Origin: Balanoglossus misakiensis | Taxonomy: Eukaryota; Animalia; Hemichordata | Reading direction: 5' to 3' | Length of the DNA: 51,758 nt | NCBI GenBank assembly: GCA_040954595.2 | Contig: CM082591.2 | Coordinates: 8,996,859 to 9,048,616 of the forward strand | Shown: piece by piece, positions 38,401 to 51,412 of the stretch | How positions within the stretch are numbered: position 1 is the first letter of the stretch | Layout: the number at the start of each line of letters is the position of its first letter | Notes under the pieces: generated by a model | What the model saw: the letters and a program-made list of their open reading frames with translations, nothing else | Database searches by the model: none | What the model was told of the DNA's origin: nothing | Translations under genes and position numbers: made by a program

Positions 38401-39667
38401 TAGGTATGACGCAAATCACTCCAGTACTTGTTCTTTGACGCCAAAGCGAGTCTCCAACCTCCTCAAAAGAATGTCATGGTCAATGGTATCAAACGCAGCA
38501 CTCAAGTCTAAAAGAACAAGAATCACTTCTGAATGACTATCAATAGAAATTACAATGTCGTTATCATTTTATGTACCTTTAGCAAAGCCGTTTCTGTGCT
38601 ATGGAATTCTCGATAAGCAGATTGAAATTTGCAATACAGCTGAGACCTTGTTAAATGATGATGTAGTTGATCTACTGCTATCCTTTCAATGACTTTACCA
38701 ATAAACGAAGATTTGATACAGGTCGATATTTTTTTCAATTTATCTTGATCCAATCCATGCATCTTCAGTGAAGGTCTAACTATGGCATGTTTTAGACACT
38801 GCGGAAAAACACCAGAAATAAATGACTTATTTACTATGTCTGTGATACGTGTTGATGTATATGGAAGGCACATTTTCAGCAAAAAAGTCGGGATTGGGTC
38901 AAGTTTACAAGATTTGGAATTCATTGATTTGATTAACTTAGACACATATTGCTCTGAAACACATGAAATTATTAAATGTTGGGCCCCAGTCATAAAATTC
39001 TTGTACCCCACTTGTGGAATCCAGTAACTCTCTGAACTTCATCACTTTCTCCAAGAAAAAGTCCGAAAACTTTTCAGCCAGAACCTTGGGGTCGCAATGA
39101 CGTGGCAGAATCAGGGCCGATGATGATTTCTCACCCATGATATCGTCGATGATAGAGAATAACTTACGTTGATCAGAGTTTTCAATCTTTGAACGATAGT
39201 AGGCAGATCTGGTGTTGTTGACGAGTAGATTATGATCAGAGCGTTTCGCGTGGAAGATTTGTTTATTTATCTCCAGGTGATTTACATTCCAGACAGTGAC
39301 GTTGTAATTTTCTGACTTCCTTTTGATGATCACGAATTTTGCCACAGAACCAAGGTGCACGTGGTTTGTCGTTGACAACTTTCGTTGTTGGTGGGGCGAC
39401 AGTATCAAATACCCTGGACAAAGTGATAGTATAATCCTGAAGCAGCATATCCACATATCCACAGATGCGCCTTCCAGAGAGAGGATTGTCACTCATACAT
39501 GACATCACTTGATTGCAGTCAATATTAGTTATTTTCCGACTAACAGCTTTGATCTTCCTGGTGTGAGGTCTAGTCAAACGAAATGCAAAATTAACCAAAC
39601 TATGATCCGATGGTCGGCTACTGTCCAATTCAAAATCCTTAACGAGATATTGCGATGAATGTGATAT

Positions 39668-40786
39668 GTATATATATCGTATGACTAACGAGGCGATATC
39701 CATAATATCAACCGAGGACGAAGTCCGAGGTTGATATTATGGATGACGCCGAGGTAGTCATACGATATTTAACATACACAACGAGTGAAAGGTGCAGGCC
39801 CCTCTACAAGTAAACACCCCTCAACCGACAATACAGTGTTTTAACATCTTTTGTATGGACCCTAAGCGGTTGATATCAGCCTAACTTTCAAAATGGTATG
39901 GTCCTACTTACGGAAAGTATTTAATTATTCAGCGTTTTGCACCTGGGATGCATATATTACCTAGTTCAACCAATTATTGTTTAGTAATAAGCTCACACGC
40001 AATGTTTCTTCCAATTGTATTGGCTGTGCATGTTTTACACATGCACAATGGCATATCTTATAATATAAATGCACGGCCACGAGGCACAATTTCTTTCTAC
40101 CTGAACGTGTCATAGTGGCAGCATGGCGCATGAGGTGTATCCCGATTTTTCTGATATCTCTGATGAAGAGTTAATTGAAGCCTCACAAGCAGCAGAATAT
40201 TTGAACGAGCTTGGCTTCGAAAATATGGATATAGCAGTCAGCAGCATTCCTTCGGTGAGTCACGAATTCTTTTATTCATTCCGCCATTTTCACCTTTTTA
40301 TCGTGTACGTTGTCGTTGAACATGCAAGTAAGAATGTATATTGAATCATTTTTTATTTCGTTAAAGGACATTCCCAGAGGGCGGTTTGCTGACCCAGTGT
40401 CGGATTCCTGCGTACAGGGGGTTGCAAAAAATTCCATTCCCAAGAATACTCAACGCCGTAATATGTGGGCGCTACGGACTTTCAACGAATGGGCCATGGC
40501 CCGAAATGTTACATTTTGTAGTTTTGTCTGCATTTTTATTTGGAGGTAGGTCGTGATATTGTCTCGAGGCGTAGCCGAGAGTCAATATCACGACCGTACC
40601 GCCAAATATTCATTTTCGAGGCATGATGGCTGAAATATCACGAGACGAAGTCGAGTGAAATTTCTGCTATCATGCCGAGAGTTCAATAGGTTGATATCAC
40701 CCCACCCCAAAAATATCACCTCAAAATGAGGTTGCTCTCTAAAATATCAACCGCTAAATCTATTGTACTATCTGTGACGAGTTGTG
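39668..40786 (+). mobile_element. Crypton-like non-autonomous element with subterminal hairpins and the 5' exons of a tyrosine-recombinase-family gene
   Basis: Absent from the left arm (empty site ~10115-10121). Hairpins at ~39674-39768, ~40550-40593 and ~40618-40680. Spliced ORF 40123-40254 / 40367-~40507 gives RFADPVSD...IPKNTQRRNMWALRTFNEWAMARN. Confidence 0.72.
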
Positions 40787-40902
40787 TATAACCAGATCAA
40801 GTGTGTGACTCCTTTCATGCGTCGGGCCGGTTACAGGCTGGACGAGATCAAATGATACTAAACGTTTTTTAAACTTGATTACATCGCGATTAGTATCATC
40901 TT

Positions 40903-42926
40903 GCAACTGTCTGTAGCCTCTGGGAAGGACAACAAAAAATGGCAAGTCATCAATGAAATCTTGAACAAAAGTTCAAAGGTTAATGCTCCACAAAAAATAA
41001 AAGATGACAAAAACCCTGGGAATTTTGTTACTAAAAATATTGATATAGTTGACGCTTTTAATTCTTTTTTTTTTTGTCAAAATTGGACAAATTTAGATTC
41101 ACAAATACATTGTAGCGCTAATTTCAATGATTACCTTGGTATTCGTCATTTTAATTCTTTCTTTTTCCATCCTGTGCATTCTGGTGATATACTCAGAGAA
41201 ATTAATTTATTAGACCATTATAAAGCTGCTGGTTTTGATGAAATATATCCAAAACTTGTAAAGGAAGCAGCTGATTATATTACAGAACCATTTGCTCATA
41301 TTGTTAATATTTCCTTGTCACAGGGTATTTTTCCAGAGAGACTGAAAATGGCAAGAGTAACACCAATTTTTAAAAAGGGTTGTGTTCATGAAATAGGAAA
41401 TTACAGACCTATCTCTGTCTTGCCAATCTTTAGTAAGCTGTAGGAGTCTATTGTAAATAAGCAACTGTGTTCTTTTTTTGAAAAATTTGATATTCTCACT
41501 AACAGCCAATATGGATTTCGTAAGAAATATAGTACTAAGTTAGCTTTAGCAGATCTCACAACTGAAATATCAAAGCACATTGATAACGGTCTTGTTACCT
41601 TTGGTATCTTCATTGATTTTAAAAAGGCATTTGATACGATTAACCACACAATTTTGTTAGCTAAGCTATGCCACTATGGGATTAGGGGATCCACACTTAA
41701 TTGGTTTAAGACTAATATAGAAGACCGACAGCAGTATGTCAAGGTCAATAATTGTACTGCAAAAGCGAAAAGGATCTCCTGTGGGATTCCACAGGGATCA
41801 ATTCTAGGTCCACTTCTTTTTCTAGTATATATAAATGATATCTGCAGGTCCTCAGATTATATTCAATTCAGGTTATTTGCTGACGATACCAATTTATTTT
41901 GTTCAGATAAGCAGGACAAAATCGATCTTGCCACTCTGAATGTTGAGCTAACTAAAGTACAGACCTGGTGTAAGTCAAATAAACTTTACTATTAATATTG
42001 ACAAAACAAACTATGTTATTTTCAAAACAGCCCAGGCGAAGTTTAAGCCTGAGGGGGATTTATATCTCTCTGATTTACCAATACAAAATGTTTCATCTGC
42101 TGTTTATCTTGGAGTTACTCTTGACTCATCATTATCCTGGAAGTCTCACATCAACATTATTTTTAAGAAGGTTCGCCAAAAAATCGGTATTATTTCTTAT
42201 GTACGCCATTATCTCCCTAAGTCTATAATTTTATTATTATACAATTGTCTTATCCTTCCCCATATAATGTATTGTATCGAAATATGGGGAAATGCGTATA
42301 AAACCTATTTAGATTGTATTTTCCAATTGCAAAAGAGACTTGTGAGACTTATAACATTTTCTAGCCCAAATACACATAGTGCACCACTTTTTCAGCTACC
42401 TGGAATTCTTAATGTTTATAAACTCTGTAAATTTCAAACTTGTGTTTTTGCGTGTGATCTAAAGGCAGGGCATTAAGCCCACTCACTAGATCGCTATGCT
42501 TCATTTGTATCACACAAATATTTTACAAGATTTGCCCCTTCTGATAAGTTTACGCTTCCCAAAGTAAAACTTACTTCATCTCAAAATAATTTATACTATT
42601 CTATTGCCAAGCATTGGAATGAAATTCTTACACAAATAAAATCAATTCAATCAAGGAATTTATTTAAAAGCTCTCTGAAAATGTATCTGTTGAGCATAGA
42701 TTAATTTAACCTCTGTTATAAACATATTTACTTCGTCACCGCGTTGTTTGACTACCAACTATTGCTTTGTGATATGAATTGGCAATTATAGTAATTGTTT
42801 CAATGATTTGTATGTATTTAGGGCCAGGGACACGATTAGTTCCACTAGAACTACTTCCCTGGTCCGCACCAGTTACGTCAAATGCATCTATCTGGTGAAA
42901 TAAACTATCTATCTATCTATCTATCT
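40903..42926 (+). mobile_element. Right-arm copy of the nested CR1-type LINE
   Basis: NYRPIS, DFKKAFD, GIPQGS, FADD; (CTAT)n tail; ATCTT duplicated at 40898-40902 and 42927-42931. Confidence 0.92.
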
Positions 42927-45057
42927 ATCTTCCATGTGAAAGTTGAAATCACCAAGTATAAGTAATTTTCCAGGCGAAACGAAAACGCACTCCAGTAACG
43001 ATGTAAATTCGCTGAAGAATGCTGTGGGTGTTGAACCATTTTTTACTTGACTGTGGTGGACGATAAACAACTATCATGTGGATCATTTCAGACTTTACTT
43101 GAATACGTAAATCTTTTATTCAAAAGACGAGAAACTATAGTTTGTTGAAACATTGGTGGTTAGATTTATCCGCACAATTACTGCCACTCCGCCACCACTA
43201 CGAGATGCACCAGGAGAGTTGTAGATATTATAACCAATCAACGATGAGCAAAGTTCATCATAGTCAAATGCTGTTTTGAGTCACTCAGCCAAGATTCCGT
43301 TACTACAAGGATATCGGTCATCTTCTTATGAATAATAGAACATACAGCTGGTATTTTGTTGTTCAATGTCACAGTACCATTTACATGAGAAGCTGCAACA
43401 ATATTATCAGGACCCGTATTTTTCAAAGGCTGGGCATTACAATAATTTCATTTGACGTGTTGTCGACCCACGAATAGTTCCCCCCCCCCCCCCCGAAGAT
43501 CATGAAAAAACATTTACGGTATTTTTGAAAAGCTGCACATCCATAGGCTAAAGAGATTTGGTTATGGTAATCAATATTACATGCAAACAAATTTTTCACC
43601 ATGTTTGATGAAAAAATGACACACGGGGTAGGGGTTGATTAACCTCCATTGTGGACTTCTCTCCTAGATGAAAGGTCATCATAAACTCCCCAGTAGTATC
43701 ATAATTAATGCAAGTTGATGAGTTTGTTGCTAGCTTTCACAGAGAGCCAAGTGTCTCTTCACATTTCGAGCAGGGGTGAGTATATCCATTTATAATCTAC
43801 TCTGTCCCCATATCAGTAAATAAAATAATTTAGTCGTCCTGCAACCTGGTTTCGTGGTCCCGCTTTTTCCCCATTTTTCATTAGAATATACGTAGAATTT
43901 TGAGTAAACACTTGCAAAATGGTCGTTTTTTAAAATTTTCACAACAGGTTTTGATAGAGCTGTTCAGATATTTTCAACATATGAAAAATATCACTGTATT
44001 TGAAAAGTCGACCAATGAAATTATCACATAAGAGATGATCATAAATTGAAGTGTTATATTCTTTCAGATTTCTGCCTACACTTCCCATCTGCAGCTAGAC
44101 AAGCTGCGTTTGTGATCTCCGAAAGTATGACTATTGTATGGCTTTATGTCATCAATGAGACTGAGCTTATATTGTTTGGAAAGTAAAATTATTTTCAATC
44201 TAACCAAAAACTTCATCAGAGGATTATTTCAACGGGCTGATAAATGTGACGCATATCAATGGAGACACACACACACAGTATAATGCATTTCCTTAAAGCC
44301 CCAGTTTTTCTCGTGTTTATCCCTTTTTTCATCATCGAAAAATTGCCCATTTTTCCCGTACATTTATCATGGAATACTACCTTATGAAGATATAAGAAAC
44401 AATTGGGCAACTGTAGCTACATGCAAGCTGTAAATATTGCCCGAAACACATGAGGGGTATGAGGCAGGGCCAGTGACATGCATGACGATAGATGTAGTTT
44501 TGGAAGCAAAGCGGACAGAAAATGGCTAGATACTAGACTACCTAATTTGTTCAGAACCCGTCAATGAAAACAAGACAATATTCATCAACAACGGATTTTT
44601 TTAATAATATATTTAATAATGCAAAACAAAACAAGAACATTAAACAGATAAAAAAACTACAGTACACGAAAAAGACAAAGGATAGAGATTAGGACGAAAA
44701 AGAAAGCAACGCTACGGAGTTGAAATCTGTTTAACAGATGCATTAACACTGGTGTTTCTCAAGTGTTCCATTTTTCAATGCAATACAATATTCGACTTCT
44801 GTTACCATGTTCATGTAATTGTGGCATACAAGTCTCTGAGGGTTTTTAAAATGACTAACATATATATTTTTGGCAAGAATAAGTAGATGTACCATATCTA
44901 TACTAATTTAAGCCCGCTGATCCTAAACTTTTTAGAGCTTCGTAAACTGGAAGTAAAAATAACAATGTCAAATGCAAAAAAAAAAAAATTAAAATTGTGC
45001 GAAACGCGCAACGACTATGACGTCATTCTTCTACACTACAGTGGCCAATATATAACA

Positions 45058-45370
45058 TTATATTATACCAGTATATTGATGGTGTAAATCACGCTATTTG
45101 ATTGGTCGAGACACGACACGTGACCGTGATATATTAGCCATATACCACAGTCATATATCATAGTTAAAGAAAATGCCTTTTAAAATGTTTTATGCAAAGT
45201 TTCAATATACTGGCATAATATAATAGCAATAAAACACCCCCAGCCATGGTATACCACGAGATTTTGACCAGTTCAACTCCATATACGCACTCGCTATCGC
45301 TCGTGCTGATATGTCGTGAACTGGTCAAAATCTCGTGATATACCATGGCTGGGGGTGTTTTATTGCTTAA
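45058..45370. mobile_element. Short insertion ending in a ~145-bp hairpin (Crypton-like non-autonomous element)
   Basis: Absent from the left arm (empty site ~6021). Stem AGCAATAAAACACCCCCAGCCATGGTAT... / ...ATACCATGGCTGGGGGTGTTTTATTGCT; ends in TTAA; no clear TSD. Confidence 0.7.
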
Positions 45371-45428
45371 ATATTGCACAGTAAAAAAACCTTCCTATGC
45401 CACCTACTCTATTTCTGTAAACCATGTA

Positions 45429-46307
45429 CAGTGAAACCTGGCAAAACCGACCCCTGGGTAAACCGACTTCCTGTGAAAATCGACCGATCTGTTTAGTCCC
45501 GAAAATTTCCCATTGACGCCAATGGTAAAAGTCACTCTGAATACCGACCACTGTCTACTTCGAACACCGACCGCGTTGGTCGGTCCCACCCCTCAAATTC
45601 AACCTGAATAGACCGACCGATCACTTAATTGTAAAGGTTGAAATCATGTCTTTGATCAAAAATTACCGCAACGATGTGCTAATTTTGGTTTTCCTGTCTT
45701 CCGAACAATAGTCAAAGCGACGGTTTGTCAACACTTCGTTAGCTATTTACTGATAAGCCTTCCTGGTGGCGAGGTGTGAATCTCTTTTTGTAAACAATAC
45801 AGTGTATAACCAACAGTGCGGCCACGCAGTGTTGACAAGGGCGGCGATTTATCAAACAGTACTGCAGAAGCGATGTTTCCTAAAACAATCATCTCTCAAG
45901 TTTTATGAAGCAAAAAATAGACTGGATGTTGTTTACGACAACTTATCAGTAGTTTCCAGGAAATCACTTGCCCAACATTCTGCCGATGCGATCGTAACAA
46001 TACCGTGTACGTCTTCCTGTTTACCCACTCAGCCCGCGTACGAACTTGAATTTACTTTTTTTATTTTTAGCAATTTTCAGAAATTACACTGTATAGAAGT
46101 TTTTTAATAACCTTTTATTTGAAATATACATGAATGTACAACGTGTACATATCGTGCGTGTGTCTGCTGTGCACTGTGTGTATGAGATCGGGGTCAAAGG
46201 GTTCATGGGGAGGGGGAAGCCACGCCCACTCTGAGTAAACCGACCCACTGTGAAAACCGACCAGAATGTGTGGTCCGAGGTGAGGTCGGTTTTGCCAGGT
46301 TTCACTG
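45429..46307. mobile_element. Tc1/mariner-pogo type MITE (right arm only)
   Basis: TIRs CAGTGAAACCTGGCAAAACCGACC / GGTCGGTTTTGCCAGGTTTCACTG. TA TSD at 45427-45428 and 46308-46309. Empty TA at 5965-5966. Confidence 0.93.
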
Positions 46308-46309
46308 TA

Positions 46310-46570
46310 ATAGGAACAGCACATACTTTTTGTTTGGCCTCAAGTTGTATATCAATGTTAAAATCATCAAATAAATACAATATTCCCTCCAAAAAGCTTT
46401 AACAACTGAGCAAAACCATAATCGATGTAATATAGAATCAGGGTATTCGAAACAGAAGTTACAAAGCTCGCTGTCAACTTTACCCAGTTTCTTCAAAACC
46501 TTGTTCTTGTAGATATTTCTGTGAAGATAAAATTGAAAACATTCTATATTTAGATTCGTATGGAATCTAA
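46310..46570 (-). pseudogene. Right-arm copy of the zf-RVT-like LINE fragment
   Basis: ORF 46302..46496 LCNFCFEYPDSILHRLWFCSVVKAFW. Confidence 0.6.
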
Positions 46571-46644
46571 ATGTAGAATTATTGTAGTGGGTATGAAATA
46601 TGGTAGTCTGTAGGAGTGTGGTAGTTTGTGTGTTTGGAGGGCGC

Positions 46645-46977
46645 TTGTTTGTATGTATGGAGGTTGGTTGACGATGATGATTGTGATGATGATGATGATG
46701 ACGATGATGATGATGATTGTAAGGATGATGATGATGATGATGATAGTGATGTTTGTATGTTTGTTTGTTTGTAGGTATGTATGGAGGTAAGGTGATGGTG
46801 ATGATGATGATGATGATGACGATGATTGTGATGATGATGAAGATGAAGATGATGATGATGATGATGAAAATGAAGATGATGATGATTGTGATGATGATGA
46901 AGATGAAGATGATGATGATGATGATGAAAATGAAGATGATGATGATTGTGATGATGATGAAGATGAAAATGAAGATT

Positions 46978-47021
<44 letters not shown>

Positions 47022-47865
47022 TGAAGGTTTGTTTGTTTGTTTGTTGGTTTGTTTGTAGGTAGGTATGGAGGTAAGGTGATGAAGATGATGAAGATGATGA
47101 TGAAGACGATGATGAAGATGATTGTGATGATGATGATGAAGATGATGATGATGAATATGAAGAAAATGAAGAAGATAAAGATGATGATGATGTTGATGAA
47201 GATGATGATGATGATTGTGATGATGATGATGGAATGATGATGATGAAAATGATGAAGATGAGGATGATGAAATTGATGATGATGATGGGATGATGATGAT
47301 GATGATTAAGATGATGATGATGATGATGAAGATGAAGATGATGATTGGGATGATGAAGATGAAGATTGTGATGGAATGATGATGATGTTGAAAATGATGA
47401 AAATGATGATGATGAAGATGATGATGATTAGGAATGATGATGATGATGAAGATGAAGATGATGACGATGAAGGTGATGATGATGATGATGGATGGAGGTT
47501 TGTTTGTTTGTAGGTATGTATGGAGGTTAGGTGATGAAGATGATGAAGATGATGATGATGAAGATGATGATAATGATGATGATTGTGATGATGATGATTG
47601 AGATGATAATAATGAAAATGATGATGATGATGATTATGATGATGATGATGGTGATGATAATGATGATGAAGATGATGATGATTGTGATGATAATGAAGAT
47701 GATGATGATGATGATGATAGATGGAGGTTTGTTTGTTTGTTTGTTGGTTGGTTTGTTTGTAGGTAGGTATGGAGGTAAGGTGATGATGATGATAATGATG
47801 AAGATGATGATTGTGATTGATGATGATGATGGAATGATGATGATGATGATGATGGAATGATGATT

Positions 47866-47901
<36 letters not shown>

Positions 47902-48520
47902 AAGATGATGATGATGATGATGATGATTATGATGATGAAGATGATGATGATGATGGTATGATGATGATGAAGATGATAATGATTAAGATGATGATGATGA
48001 AGATGAAGATGATGATTGTGATGATGAAGATGAAGATTGTGATGGAATGATGATGATGTTGAAAATGATGAAGATGAAGATGTTGATGATGATGATGATG
48101 GATGGAGGTTTGTTTGTTTGTTTGTTTGTTTGTTTGTTTGTAGGTAGGTATGGAGGTAAGGTGATGAAGATGATGAAGGTGATTATGATGAAGATGATGA
48201 TAATGATGATGATTGTGATGATGATGATGATTGTGATGATGATTGTGAGGATGAAGATGAAGAAGATGAAGAAGATAAAGATGATGATGATAATGATGAT
48301 TAAGATGATGATGATGATTGTGATGATGATGACGAAATGATGATGATGATGATGAAAATGATGAAGATGATGATGATGATGAAGATGATGATGATGATGA
48401 AGATGATAATGATGATGAAGATGATGATGATGATGATGATGATGATAATGATGATTGTGGTGATGATGATTGTGATGATGAAAATGAAGATGATGATTGT
48501 GATGATGATGATGAAGATGG

Positions 48521-48579
<59 letters not shown>

Positions 48580-49277
48580 GCGATGATGATGATTGTGATG
48601 ATGATGGATGAAGGTTTGTTTGTTTGTTTGTTTGTTTGTAGGTAGGTATGGAGGTAAGGTGATGAAGATGATGAAGATGATGATGAAGATGATGATAATG
48701 ATGATGATTGTGATGATGATGAAGATGATGATGATGAATATGAAGAAAATGAAGAAGATAAAGATGATGATGATGTTGATGAAGATGATGATGATTGTGA
48801 TGATGATGATGGAATGATGATGATGAAAATGATGAAGATGATGATGATGAAGATGATGATGATGATGGGATGATGATGATGATGATGATGATGGTGATGA
48901 AGATGATGATGATGAAGATGATGATGATGATGATAATGATGATTGTGATGATGATGATGAAGATGATGATGATGATGATGATGGAAGATGATGATGATGG
49001 ATGAAGGTTTGTTTGTTTGTTTGTTTGTTGGTTTGTTTGTAGGTAGGTATGGAGGTAAGGTGATGAAGATGATGAAGATGATGATGAAGATGATGATGAA
49101 GTTGAAGAAAATGAAGAAGATATAGATGATGATGATGATTGTGATGATGATGATGGAATGATGATGATGAAAATGATGAAGAGGATGATGATGATGATGG
49201 GATGATGATGATGATTGTGATGATGAAGATGATGATGATGATGAAGATGATGATGATGATGATGATAATGATGATTG

Positions 49278-49327
<50 letters not shown>

Positions 49328-49693
49328 GGATGATGATGGTGATGATGATGATGATGGTGAGGATGATGATGAAGATGATGATGATTATGATGATGATGAT
49401 GATGAAGATGATGATGGATGAAGGTTTGTTTGTTTGTTTGTTTGTTTGTTGGTTGGTTGGTTTGTTTGTAGGTAGGTATGGAGGTAAGGTGATGAAGATG
49501 ATGAAGATGAAGTAGAGGAAATGAAGAAGATATAGATGATGATGATGATGAGGATTGTGATGATGATGATGGAATGATGATGATGAAAATGATGAAGATG
49601 ATGATGATGAAGATGATGATGATGATGTGATGATGATGATGATTGTGATGATGATGATGATGATGATGAAGATGATGATGATAATGATGATTG

Positions 49694-49725
<32 letters not shown>

Positions 49726-49942
49726 GGATGATGATGATGATAATGATGATGATGGTGAGGATGATGATGAAGATGATGATGATGATGATGATTGTGATGA
49801 TGATGAAGATGAAGATGATGATGATGATGATGAAAATGAAGATGATGATGATGTGATGATGATGAAGATGAAGATGATGATGATGATGATGAAAATGAAG
49901 ATGATGATGATTGTGATGATGATGAAGATGAAAATGAAGATT

Positions 49943-49980
<38 letters not shown>

Positions 49981-50721
49981 TGAAGGTTTGTTTGTTTGTT
50001 TGTTGGTTTGTTTGTAGGTAGGTATGGAGGTAAGGTGATGAAGATGATGAAGATGATGATGAAGACGATGATGAAGATGATTGTGATGATGATGATGAAG
50101 ATGATGATGATGAATATGAAGAAAATGAAGAAGATAAAGATGATGATGATGTTGATGAAGATGATGATGATGATTGTGATGATGATGATGGAATGATGAT
50201 GATGAAAATGATGAAGATGAGGATGATGAAATTGATGATGATGATGTTGAAAATGATGAAAATGATGATGATGAAGATGATGATGATTAGGAATGATGAT
50301 GATGATGAAGATGAAGATGATGAAGATGAAGGTGATGATGATGATGATGGATGGAGGTTTGTTTGTTTGTAGGTATGTATGGAGGTTAGGTGATGAAGAT
50401 GATGAAGATGATGATGATGAGATGATGATAATGATGATGATTGTGATGATGATGATTGAGATGATAATAATGAAATGATGATGATGATGATTATGATGAT
50501 GATGATGGTGATGATAATGATGATGAAGATGATGATGATGTGATGATAATGAAGATGATGATGATGATGATGATAGATGGAGGTTTGTTTGTTTGTTTGT
50601 TGGTTGGTTTGTTTGTAGGTAGGTATGGAGGTAAGGTGATGATGATGATAATGATGAAGATGATGATTGTGATTGATGATGATGATGGAATGATGATGAT
50701 GATGATGATGGAATGATGATT

Positions 50722-50754
<33 letters not shown>

Positions 50755-51371
50755 AAGATGATGATGATGATGATGATGATTATGATGATGAAGATGATGA
50801 TGATGATGGTATGATGATGATGAAGATGATGATGATTAAGATGATGATGATGAAGATGAAGATGATGATTGTGATGATGAAGATGAAGATTGTGATGGAA
50901 TGATGATGATGTTGAAAATGATGAAGATGAAGATGTTGATGATGATGATGATGGATGGAGTTTGTTTGTTTGTTTGTTTGTTTGTTTGTTTGTAGGTAGG
51001 TATGGAGGTAAGGTGATGAAGATGATGAAGGTGATTATGATGAAGATGATGATAATGATGATGATTGTGATGATGATGATGATTGTGATGATGATTGTGA
51101 GGATGAAGATGAAGAAGATGAAGAAGATAAAGATGATGATGATAATGATGATTAAGATGATGATGATGATTGTGATGATGATGACGAAATGATGATGATG
51201 ATGATGAAAATGATGAGATGATGATGATGATGAAGATGATGATGATGATGAAGATGATAATGATGATGAAGATGATGATGATGATGATGATGATGATAAT
51301 GATGATTGTGGTGATGATGATTGTGATGATGAAAATGAAGATGATGATTGTGATGATGATGATGAAGATGG

Positions 51372-51412
<41 letters not shown>

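Larger units (their letters stand above)
37345..43400 (-). mobile_element. Right-arm copy of the decayed L2-type LINE, with three interruptions
   Basis: Reverse complement of 7660-12150; interrupted at 37978-38400, 39668-40786 and 40903-42926. Confidence 0.88.
37184..46644 (-). repeat. Right arm of the inverted duplication (longer because of extra insertions)
   Basis: Paired near-identical ORFs: 10292..10876(+) with 38938..39492(-); 9961..10518(+) with 39263..39703(-); 8232..9434(-) with 41654..42476(+). Confidence 0.95.
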
